A DNA stretch of 63,998 nucleotides, counting the filler, from Dicyema japonicum (taxonomy: Eukaryota; Animalia; Dicyemida): the NCBI GenBank assembly GCA_011109175.1. It is 10 parts of 10 records of this genome, joined end to end, with 100 filler letters (N's around TTAATTAATTAA, not from the genome) between each part and the next. Parts side by side here need not be neighbours in the genome. Positions count along the whole stretch, not along the records: positions 45,501 to 60,033 come from RDEW01000012.1; positions 60,134 to 62,644 come from RDEW01000201.1; positions 62,745 to 63,998 come from RDEW01000244.1; 7 more parts are not named here. One strand, given 5' to 3'. Below are positions 51,835 through 63,124 of this stretch, in pieces. Numbering within the stretch: the stretch's first letter is position 1; every line of letters starts with the position of its first letter. The notes under the pieces are model-generated. The model was not told where the DNA came from. It ran no database searches and worked only from the letters and a program-made list of their open reading frames with translations. A program made the translations under genes and the position numbers.

Positions 51835-52810
51835 GAAACCACCTGTGTGGAAAGCCTCTCTCCTTCCAACCTTGTTATGAAAGCGACTAACCCAGGGTCT
51901 GATTCGGAGAAGGCTGAGACCCTAAAGATGAAAACATACGCATGTCTCGATGGACAATTCATTTTTAATAGTAGCCGTGGAAACGTCTGTCATCGTGGAA
52001 ATTTAAAGGAAGCATGTCATTGATTCTGATAGACACAATCAGATTGCTCATTGCGAAGATGAAAAATGATAAGGAGTTAAAAAATAAATGATAAATTCAA
52101 AATCATTATACGTCAAAATCGATTGTTACAATTAATATAAAAGGTGACTCAATTTCGATATCATAGACATAAGCGATCTTAAAAAGAGACCTTTTAAGGC
52201 CCTATGACTGCACACGTATCGGCGACAACTTATGAAATCTAGTCAGAGAGTGTTGTATTTTGTTATTTAAAGTTGTCGAATACTAGCAATGGCTCTTAAG
52301 CATTCAATCGGGAATCTTGTAATTTTGAATGCGAAAATCTCGGCGACAACTTATGAAATCTAGTCAGAGAGTGTTGTATTTTGTTATTTAAAGTTGTCGA
52401 ATACTAGCAATGCCTCTTAAGCATTCAATCGGGAATTTTATAATTTTGAATGCGAAAAGTGTATGCAGATTCCACATTGCGAATCAGATTTTCCAGAGAG
52501 ATTAGAAAAACTGTGATCTTGTCTGTAAGCATCAATATTCAGGATATCTGAAAAAGATTTAAATGTGCAGAATACCTTAACTACTTAAGTGAGAAAACAA
52601 GAAAAAGCTACTTAGAAGAAAATAATTAATGAAATTAGTATGTAGCGTGCTTGGGAGAATTTAAATAAAGATAAAACAAGAAAATTAATAACAGTTAAAG
52701 AATAGGGACATATACCAGTTGTCTTAACATATTTCGGCGCTTAATAACAAATGCGACGACTCCGATGATTGTAAATGTTATAACAGTGAGTGTAAATCCT
52801 ATAATTATAT
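51835..52810 (+). repeat. Unclassified dispersed repeat, copy 2
   Basis: See copy 1. Confidence 0.75.
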
Positions 52811-54019
52811 ACATTTTTGAATGATTAGAAAGTGTATTTTTTTCTAAAAGAATTTATTTCATAACACTTCGACTCTAAATTCGGAAAAAATCAAACCTTT
52901 TCCAATATAACTGAATTTAGAATCATCCTGAAGAATTTGTACCTTAAGTGTGAAAATTCACCATATATGTTATCAGAAAATTTAGTGAGAGACAATTCGA
53001 ATTTACAAGAATTTCCAACATCAATCAATTTGTAATTAGTAGGACTCCAAGACCCATTATTGATTTTATTGATGATTAACTGAATTTTGGACATATAATA
53101 TTTGTTTTGAGACAAAATAAATGTAAAATGTATTTCTAAATATCCCAGCTCAAGAGATAACTAAACACTATTTTTATCAAAATTAATCTTCGTTTCAAAA
53201 TTCACGAAAAAAATTGAGAAATCATTAATCTAATATTAAATTATACAATTTACTATTTTAACTTTGTTATTATAAAAATATGTGACTATTAAATGCCCAA
53301 TTAATATAGCTTTCAGTTGATTTTTCGCAATAAAATACCAATATCGAACATTTGGATCGTTTGATGGATCACAGTCATGTGCTGAATAAAACTTTCTAAA
53401 ACCTTTTTCATTACTATATGAAAATGAGTGATTAGTCTAAAATTTTATTGCCAAAGAATATAATGTGAGAATATTACCATTCTCAAAAAATAAGGATATA
53501 TATCCGCATCGGTAATAATCTCCATGTTTAATATGCGGAAGATATGTTGTATTTGTATAAATTTCATTATCTTTATGTGTTAACTATTAAATACTAGAAT
53601 TTAATTTTATTTTTATTGAGATGTTGTAAAATTCGTCTGAGAATTCAATAAAAAATTGGTAGATCAAGTTATTCATGTTGATATTAAATGACAATACATC
53701 AAAAAAAGTCGGAAATACTTACAATTGAATTATTGTTTGTCAATAATTATTATTTATAAAATACATTTGTAATTGTACTTTTCAATAAACTTTTAAAATC
53801 TATTGACGTTCCATAAATAAAGTTGAAATTTCGTTATTGAGGACAAAAACATTAACAACAACATAAATATGTAAAATGAACACGTCGATGTGTAAAATTT
53901 AGGTCACTTGTATTGATGAATATATTTTTAATAATTTAAATAAATGATATTTATAATGATTTTATATTAAAAACTAAGTAGATTATAGTTGTTGTGGTGT
54001 TGTCATGTCCGTTTCTAAA

Positions 54020-54645
54020 CATACAGAGAAATCGAATCCTATGGGCCTTCCTGGAAAATCAAATAAAGAAGATCTAATGAAGATTGCATTATGAAAACTA
54101 TTCCGCTAAAAAATGAAATGATGTCCGCGACGGTACGACGTGGAAAAAAAATGGAAGATTGCGGACCTACTTCTCCACATCTCTTCGGAAGCAAATGCCT
54201 GTAATGAAATATCGGAAGATGGATTTGAGTCGGCACAAGCGGATGTTCTCCCTTTGGTTCCTTTTTGGATTAGTTAGTTATGACTGTTTGTTCTGAGCTT
54301 ACAATGGTAAGCCTGGGGTTAATAATAATAATAATAATAAAGAAAGTCCTACTCCAACTGCAATCTGTTAAGCGTCATTTATATTAAAGCTACGTAGTGA
54401 CATGAGATGATATTNTTCGGAAGCAAAGGCCTGTAATGAAATATTGGCAGATGGATTTGATCGGCACAAGCAAATGTTCTCCCTTTGGTTCCTTTTTGGA
54501 TTAGTTAGTTATGACTGTTTGTGCTGAGCTTACAATGGTAAGCCTGGGGTTAATAATTATAATAATAATAAAGAAAGTCCTACTCCACACTGCAATCTGT
54601 TAAGCGTCATTTATATTAAAGCTACGTAATGACATGAGATGACAT
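54020..54645 (+). mobile_element. LINE-like 3' end with hairpin and (AAT)n tail, duplicated around an N
   Basis: gcttac-aatg-gtaagc hairpin followed by ggggtt(aat)n. Confidence 0.5.
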
Positions 54646-55199
54646 TTGCTAATTGATTAAAAATTTATCTTTTTTCTGATAACATCATTGGATACATTTA
54701 ATCAAAACACGCCGATGCATGGCAGGCATTCACAAGGATCTTACTATTCTTTTTTCGTGAGACAATTTCGTTACTTCGAGACGACTTTTAGAATCGCTGG
54801 AATGTGTCAGGATAAATTAGCTAGTTTGGTTTCACCCTCGGCTTTTTGAATAATTTTTATTTTTATTTATTTCATAATTTATTGGCTTTTTGTTTCATAT
54901 TAGGTTTTCGTTAAGGTTGCTGATTCTTGGCCGAACATGATAATTTCAATTAATTTTTCACGTAAAAGTATCCATAACGTAGTTGTGAGTGAATAAAGTC
55001 TCAAAAACGTAATCCACGTTTAAAGTGTTTTACCAATCTTTGAGAATTTTATTCGATGGTTTTCAACTTTGTAGAAAGAATCATTTTTTTCTAAAAGTTT
55101 TCCTCCCATATGGCTTTGATAACTTATTGCAGTTGACAAATTCATTTCTGAGCTTCTCCCTTGTAGCTCATGAACTATAAACGCATTGTATATAGCTTG

Positions 55200-56000
55200 A
55201 GTAAATTTTGACTATTCAATAAAATTAGATCGGACCTCGTGAAAGCTCTTTCTAGCAATATTTTCTTCTATTTACGACGCGTGCCACAGTTGATTTGGAT
55301 TCAAGATACGGAGATTAAAGACACAAATAGTCTGAGGTCACAAATGACGTTGCAGTTAAAACCAATGATAACGATTCTCAACTAAAATCCTTTGCACTGA
55401 CTTTCGTAAATTTTATGAAGTTGGCAGCTTAGTTAATTTATGCTGACGACGGGATAGACGATGTGTGAACTTGAATAATGGTTCCTTACAATTAATGTTT
55501 CCAAATAAAAGTAGTCAATCTCAAAGAATGAAAAGAAGATTGGATAATTCAGGAAGACAAACAGTTTGGGTCCTTATTTAGTGACAGTGACGAATTATTT
55601 CAATCTCAGAAGAATGAAAAGAAGATTGGATAATTCAGGAAGACAAACAGTTTGGTTCCTTATTTAGTGACAGTGACGAATTATTTCGAAGATAGACCCT
55701 TGCTACTGCTGCGTTAAACAAAGATAAAATAGAACTGATCGACAGAAGCGATATATCATTTCGACTAAGGCTACATAACGCCTTTGTCAATCCAGTTTTA
55801 TTGTAAAATTCGTCTGCAGGGGCGATGTCCAAGGCTGAAGAACTCAGGATAGACTCACTTAATGAAACGTAGGTCGGGACATTGACATTGCACGAACTGA
55901 ATTGGTTAGAGAATATAAACGTGAAAGCTTTATTCAATATGTTTCCGACATTGTATTGCATTGAGACACGATTTGGGTATCTGCAAAAGGGGGGACATCA
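55200..56000 (+). mobile_element. RTE-like RT remnant
   Basis: 'YADD', 'KQFGSLFSD..RLHNAFVNPVLL' align to the 24.5-26.9 kb ORF. Confidence 0.65.
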
Positions 56001-58059
56001 AAGTTCGACTAATAAAGAATCCCCAATATCTTGGGTTCCGTTTCCGGTTCGTCCCAACTTGATTAGGGACTTAGGCATCTAGAAGCATCTAGAGAAAACT
56101 CAATGCCATGTCAAAACCACTGTAATAATCTTCACTTGGCATTCATAGAGCAGCAAAAGTTCATTTGTTAGCTAGTCATATTTGTGAAGTTTCTTAAATT
56201 CCGCTTGCTTTAGTCGGTCTTGTGAGGTAATCCCCACTTTAATTAAAGTTACTTCCTTCTTTGTTTTTTCATAGACAAAAATATCAGGTTTATTGTAAGT
56301 TTGTTTCTGTCAAAATCGACGTGTCAACTCTAATTTCGACATTCTGATTCGTCAATATTGACTGAACCAAATCTCCTTTCAATTTCCTGCTTCTTTCGAT
56401 TCCATAAATTCGACAAAGATGAAGATGGATGCATTTTACCACTTCATTATGTCTACGGAGATAATCACTATTTAGCATTATACCACACTCAGTGGCCAAA
56501 TGATCAACAGTTTTCTTGCTTTTTTTACAATGGTTGCATAATGACCTTGTGAGTGCAAAAAACAAATTCCTATCTTGCAAAAAACAGTACAATGCTTCGC
56601 TCTGTGGGCCGTTATTTCCTTTGGATAACCATTCCGAAAAAGTATATAGGTCGAAATTTGTTTCATCAATACATTTGAACATAATGGAGTGTAGTGTTCT
56701 GCAATAAATTATTTTTAATAAATTTTTTTTCTAAGTGTCTTTGAGGGACTTAATATCCATGCTTTCCCTATCAGCAATTGCATATTTAGAGGCAAGAAAT
56801 CTTGCGATTGTAGCCAAGTGCCATTTTTTTGTTTTTATTACTCGCAGAATTCCCGACCTTCGCAAACACACAGTCGAATGTTTTTCCAAACTTTAAAGGA
56901 ACTGGAAAAGTATTAATTTGCTCTTTAATGAAATCGAGGTAAGTCCTCTTCCAAAAGTCTTCCTGACCAAATACAGCTTCTTTTTATTGCAACTTGAGTG
57001 ACGTAAGCAGTTGCCGTATTTGTTGGTCAATATCATCAAATCCATAAGGTTAATATTAATTAATCCAATATAATAGTTAGGGACATTGCTTATTCATTTA
57101 TTGCACGAAAGAAGTTCACAAAATTTAACTTTGTTTTTGAAAGCATGGTTATTCTCTTCTTAACATTTTCAAGTATGGACTCCATTACTTTGCTTTTAAG
57201 AACATTTCTTCCCTCGTCTTCAAAAACACCCAAATATCGATATTTACTGACTCCTTCCAGATTCTCACAAAATGATAACGATTTTACATTAGAAAATGAC
57301 ATTTCCGAATTCATTTCCAAGCCGGCAACATGAAAAAAACGCGAACAACTTTCATCATTTTAATAATAATATCTTCTTTTTGCTCAAATATCTTTACGTC
57401 ATCAATGAATAACAAATGATTTGTGGAATAAGTCAGTGTATTAGGATTTTCCTGATTAATTTGGAGTTTTGGGAAGATAGAGTTAAGGGTCCTGCTGAAG
57501 GTTTCCATTACCATAACAAATAGTTGAGGGGAATTCCACGTCCGAGTTTTTACAGAAACAATTCTTCTATCTAAGTGGAGATTTACAGTCCACTTCTTGA
57601 CTATGGCTTTTACAAAGTTAATAACAATCCAACTGGGTATTTCTGAACAGTCCAATACATGAAATAAAAATTCATGCTCAACAGAATCAAAGGCCTTCTT
57701 ACATCAACCCAGGCAGAATAAAGGGCGCTTCCATACTCCTTATTTTAACATTGATTAATAAGGGCCTGTTCCTTAGCGCCCTGACAATGTTTCCACGTTC
57801 CCAGCTGATTGTCAGATTATAGCCCAAACGAATCCACAAAATCTGAGAGTTTGGAATTAACACAATTGGTAATAAGTAGGGCAATTTAAGTGCTAAAATG
57901 CTATTTTAATTATTTATACTTTTTTAAATATACGATTGAATTTGGAATAATTATTTTTTAATTTTGTTTAAAAAAAACATACATTATAAATGCTATAAGT
58001 GCTATTTTTAATTTTAAATGCTAATTTTTTTTAACTGCTAATTTAAATTGCAGTTAATA

Positions 58060-58880
58060 ATGTGTTTACGGATTCCGAAATTCGCGGAGCACTCCTTCGG
58101 CTGATAACAATAGAGCAACTGGCTATGACAATATTTGTGGGGAGTTGTTAAAATACGCACCAACCCAGCTAGCAGAAAAGATAACTTTCATATTCAACAA
58201 GATATTCAGGACTCATTGTTCAATTGACATCGCGATGGGAGTTCTACTTCCTTTACAAAAACCTGGCGAACCTGCAGGTCCAATTGAAAATTTCAAGGCG
58301 ATCGTGCATTTGACCACTTTGCGAAAAACATTGTCGATTACAACATGTTTTTCGAAAAGATGTGGAGTATTTGGACTCGCAGAAAACTTATCTTATTAAA
58401 TCTTCGGATGCGTTTATATAGCGCGTTCATACAACCAGTCCTATTATATAACTCGGGAACATGGGGAACATCAAAAACGGACCGTGACTGACTAGACACA
58501 TTTCATAGAAATCAATTGATAAAAATTGCGGGAACTAAATTTGGACTCGCAGAAAACTTATCTCCTTAAATCTTCGGATGCGTTTATATAGCGCGTTCAT
58601 ACAACCAGTCCTATTATATAACTCGGGAACATGGGGAACATCAAAAACGGACCGTGACTGACTAGACACATTTCATAGAAATCAATTGATAAAAATTACG
58701 GGAACTAAATGTCCACAGATTATCAAAAAAGACACTCTCTACAAATTATGTAAATGCAAACCGATAAGCAGAGAAGTAATTACCTCACGCTGGCTATTTA
58801 TCGGACATGTTCTGAGAATGGACGAAGTGATTCCTTGCAATCAAATGATGGAAGATTACTATTATACAAGGACTACATTT
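58060..58880 (+). mobile_element. Internally deleted RTE-like remnant inside the hAT
   Basis: 'LKYAPTQL..LLPLQKPG' joined to 'RWLFIGHVLRMD..MEDYY'. Confidence 0.65.
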
Positions 58881-59239
58881 TGATAATGACAAGGCAAATA
58901 TCAAAAATTATATAAATAAAAGAATGGAGGAAAATGGATTTAAACTTATTATTGAAATGACTGAACCAAAAATACAAGGCAAATATCAAAAATTATATAA
59001 ATAAAAGAATGGAGGAAAATGGATTTAAACTTATTATTGAAATGACTGAACCAAAAATTAGCTAACAAGATTATTTTTTTCTTTCACGCTGTCAGGCATC
59101 CTATGCATCTATTGAAAAGCAATTAAAATGCTAAAAAAATATTAAAAAAAAGAGATAGGAACTTCCATCCAGACAATATCAGGCATTAACTTTTATTATA
59201 TTACAATAAATAAAATTGAAAAAATCCCATTTTTAAGTG

Positions 59240-59720
59240 ATGAAAGGAGATTTAAACAATAGAAGTCAGGTTGTTGCCACCCTCACTGCGTGGCTGTTTT
59301 CTCTCAAAATTGCGAGCGAAATTCGCTCAAAAAGCCAGCGGCGTTCACGGAGATCTCCAGTGCATGAGGTGATCCGGTTTCCAAGACGTCCGAGAAACTC
59401 GAGTGTAGAGGGGGAGTAGGATCCGGAAGTCTCCATAGCAAGGGGAACAAATTTGAAATCATCGGGAAGGTCGACATATTTAACAAGTTTGGCATTCTCC
59501 GCCTTTACGGATGCTGAACAGGCCTTTGTAGCACTCTCGTGAAGATTTTTCAGGGCGAACGTGTCTGTACATGTCGCATCCCAAACCAGTGGTTTCCGGG
59601 CCTCAAATGGAAATATGGTCATCCCTCCCGTCCGGTCGTTTCCCGACACTTCTGCATAACCCGACCGGTTCAAGAAAGGCCAAGTATCCAGCGGCATCCA
59701 TAGCTCGCCTGACAATTTCA
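59240..59720 (-). mobile_element. CRE-clade RLE domain and 3' end inside the hAT
   Basis: 'GMTIFPF..KPLVWDATCTDT..KLVKY..FVPLAMETSG..WLFERISLAILREN'. Confidence 0.85.
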
Positions 59721-60849
59721 TTCTTCCAAATAAAATTTAAATGTTATATTTTATTATTTTAAGTTATAGATTAGACAAATTTAAATGCTAGATTTTATCA
59801 TTTTAAGTGCTAACTTTTTTAATTATAATTGCTAGATTTTGTGATTTTTAGCGCTAAAAAAATTTTTTTAAGTGCTAGAAACAACTTGCCCTAGTAATAA
59901 GTTTATATAATGTTGGCATAAATGTTTTAGGACGTAAGTCTTTAGGAGTCTCACAATCATCCTTTTTAGGAATTAAATAGGTTATTCCAGTATAAAACCA
60001 ACTTTTAGGCATATATGCAACACATTCCCCCCCNNNNNNNNNNNNNNNNNNNNNNNNNNNNNNNNNNNNNNNNNNNNTTAATTAATTAANNNNNNNNNNN
60101 NNNNNNNNNNNNNNNNNNNNNNNNNNNNNNNNNCTCGCGCATAGAAGGCGCTTAAGCTTTAGGAAGACGCATACTTTGTATTATTTATCGAGTCATGCAA
60201 CTTTTATAAGCTTGGAGATTGAAAGAGAACAAAGTATCATGTCGTAAACGTAAGGGTAAATAAAGAATTATTATTACCCCATGATCATTTGGCTACAGAG
60301 AAAGAAATAAAAATTCTCAACTAACTAAGTGATCCCAGACCAACAAGAAAGAAGAAGAGTATGGAGAGGTCGAAAATCCTGTACAGCTCATCTCATTGAC
60401 ATGCCATCGGTTCAAACCTACTGTATGATTGTAGATATTTTAAACTTGTATGAAACGAAGGTCGACAGTTTGCGAAATTCTCAAAAAATTCTTGATCCCT
60501 GTTCTCCCTGATTTTTCAAGAAGCAAGATAAAACGCTGCTTGTATGCAATGTAAGATCATCCTTCTAGTCATATAGGAGTGATGGAATGATCGCTCGTCA
60601 AAAATAAATAAAAACACATCCGTTTCGAGTTCTAATTCCCTCATACACAAGATCACATGGTGTGCTTCTTTTTCCGGAATTTAAATTCACATAATGTACT
60701 CCCAGTTTTCTCAGTAGCCGTTCTGAGATACTTCAGGGATCTCACAGTATTGATTCCGAATAGGGAGCCTTGCTGATTTCCTTTTCCATTTCGACCGAAA
60801 AACTTAAATCTGATTCAGTAAATAAAAGGGAAGGGGCAGTCATAGAATT

Positions 60850-61700
60850 AAAAATTTCTTCAGATCCAATGGAGAAGGAGTATGCTTATTCTCCGAACTG
60901 GAAATAACTTCATGGGTGACAGAGGGACACAGTCTCGATTGAAAACAACATCATAACTGCTACCTGATGTCTCCGTCCATCAACTTGGCAGTAACAGTAT
61001 TCCGAAAGAAAACCTTACATTTCCATGATAAGGGAGTCTCGAGAGTGAAGAAAAAGAAAGGTTACCATTCTCAAACGACTGAATTGATTTCCAAAAAATT
61101 ACAACGGTAGAAACCCTAGACTCAAATCCAAGTGCTATTAAGGGAAAGAGAAATAAAGAAATCCAATCCTTTGTCCCCAGAGACGAGGTCAATAGCGCGG
61201 GCTAGAGTCTATGCCGCTATCATCCTCACGAACCTTGGGTATACGTCTCTTTGTCCGTAACCTCGACACAAGAAGTAGAATTTCTTAAAACGTAACGTGA
61301 ACGGTAGGTGATCAAGAAACGGGGTCAGACAGTCTGGGCAAATCCAAGAAGACAAAGGTTTCAAAGACTTTCTCGACAGCCTGACTCATCCCAGATGGAA
61401 GAACAAGGAACAATCAAAAAATCTTATCGCCATGCTGCAAATTCATGTCGGTCCCAATATCGAACGAGTCAAGATCGAACAAGAGATGTCCTATTTGTAA
61501 AAAAAGGAGTTGTCCAACTACACTAAGACAATCCTGGATGAAATGATTCTGACGTGAACATCACAGAGGTCAGCATCCCAATAACTTATTTTCCTTAAGA
61601 CCAAGACGTGTACGTGAGGAAGTAATGTATTCAATCACATAATAAGTGAACACACAACGCCACATAACGGAAGCCCGCGTAAATTAAAATTGAATTAAAT
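60850..61700 (+). mobile_element. Highly degenerate RLE-type retroelement 3' region
   Basis: 'CPICKK' and 'ITEVSIP' resemble knuckle and RLE motifs. Confidence 0.3.
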
Positions 61701-62744
61701 TAGAATTATTCCAAAGACCAAGGGTAACCAAAATAACTAACTCTTTGATCCTGACTCGTTCTAGCGTTCCAGAACTTGTCTTCAGGTAACAACATTGTCC
61801 CCTAGGGAAGAATAGTTTGATCCTCTGGTGCCGACCAGGAATTGAGCGTCTCCTCATTAAGGTGGATCCAATGACGCCATCGGAGTGAAGGAAAATAATT
61901 TTTGATTCACTAGTCACATAGCACCACGTGACGCCATCGAACACCAATGAAGAACTATTTTCTGGATTTTTGAGTCTGTGACGATCTTTTGGGTCAGAAT
62001 AGATAAACAGAATATGAGATTAATCCTACGATGGCGGCAATGTAAAGTAACACTGAATAAGATTCCTTCTGAATCTAAGCTAAACAGACTACTTGGAGGT
62101 TAATTGTATCAGGAGAGTCCGCAGAGCAAGGACCAAAACCTCAATGAGACATAGTTAATAATATTTTGGACGTTGCTTTTGATTTGATTACTTTTTATAT
62201 TTCTGAAATTTATCAGCAAAATCACAAATTCTGAATATTTATACTAATTTTTTCCAAATTTTGTTGAAAATAAAATCAACGAGGAATTCAAATTGCAGAA
62301 CATTTCATCAGGTAATTTTGGTGGTAAAATTTCGGAATTCGGAAAAGAAATCAGAACCTCTATTTTTCCAACAAGAAACGGAAACTGACAGGAAAATTTT
62401 CAATTTTTTATCGAAATTTGATCGACTATCGATACCACCTCTTTCCAGGAGCAGAAAAGCACATGGAAGTACAAATCCTTTAAAGCAACCATCGACTTTT
62501 GCTTCAACTAGGAGAGAAACTTTACTGACTACAAAAATTTAGAGTTTATTAGAAATTACATTCACGCTCAAGACAGACAGCCTTGGATCGTCAGAAGAAA
62601 ACACGGATGTGGAAAAACGTCTCTTTAGCATCGTCATGCACTCANNNNNNNNNNNNNNNNNNNNNNNNNNNNNNNNNNNNNNNNNNNNTTAATTAATTAA
62701 NNNNNNNNNNNNNNNNNNNNNNNNNNNNNNNNNNNNNNNNNNNN

Positions 62745-62960
62745 GCATCGGTGCTCCTGGCAAACGTCTAGTCCCAGCCTTTGTCCGATTCCAATCCTCA
62801 AAGAATCGTCGTCTAAAAAGGTCCCGAGGTTTGGGCAAGGTATTGCACCAAGCCATGCTCCACTCCCTCTACTCGAAGCTGACACCAAACAAGCCAGACG
62901 ATGTTGATTTGCTTCTTTTTTAAGGTCTTCCAAAATTTTGGAGCAGACAATGTCATCCCA
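62745..62960 (-). mobile_element. CRE-clade C-terminal fragment
   Basis: 'HRLACLVSASSRGSGAWLGAIPCPNLGTFLDDDSLRIGIGQRLGLDVCQEHRC'. Confidence 0.8.
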
Positions 62961-63124
62961 ATTTCTTTGCTTCGTTGTGTCTTCGGGGATTTTGAGTCCG
63001 GACCCGTTCCATTTCCGAAAAAATTAATTAAAATAATTTTAATTATACATAAAATTATATTTAAATATTTATTTAAAAAAATATATTGAGCCTCCTTGTT
63101 GTTTTCAAATTTTTCGAGTCAGTT

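Larger units (their letters stand above)
57877..59893. mobile_element. Non-autonomous hAT element (2017 bp) containing retroelement fragments
   Basis: TIR tagggcaa(t/g)t; perfect 8-bp TSD gtaataag (57869-57876, 59894-59901); subterminal tgcta repeats; same TIR family as 19775-20780. Confidence 0.88.
56090..60033 (-). mobile_element. R4/Dong-like RLE retrotransposon, interrupted by a hAT element at 57877-59893
   Basis: 'WFYTGITYLIPK..RP..MPTLYKLIT|NCVNSKL' continuous across the insertion; 'WVDV.KAFDSV', 'NHLLFIDD', 'KYRYLG'; CCHC 'CNHC..VDHLATEC..RRHNEV'; RLE 'NKPDIF..EVTLIKVGITS..KYD'. Confidence 0.85.
4590..62744. other. Nine artificial 100-nt scaffold gap spacers (N44-TTAATTAATTAA-N44)
   Basis: Same layout at ~4590, 11148, 22058, 29265, 36443, 43915, 45401, 60034 and 62645; the 12-mer is a palindrome with stops in all six frames. 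Confidence 0.95.
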
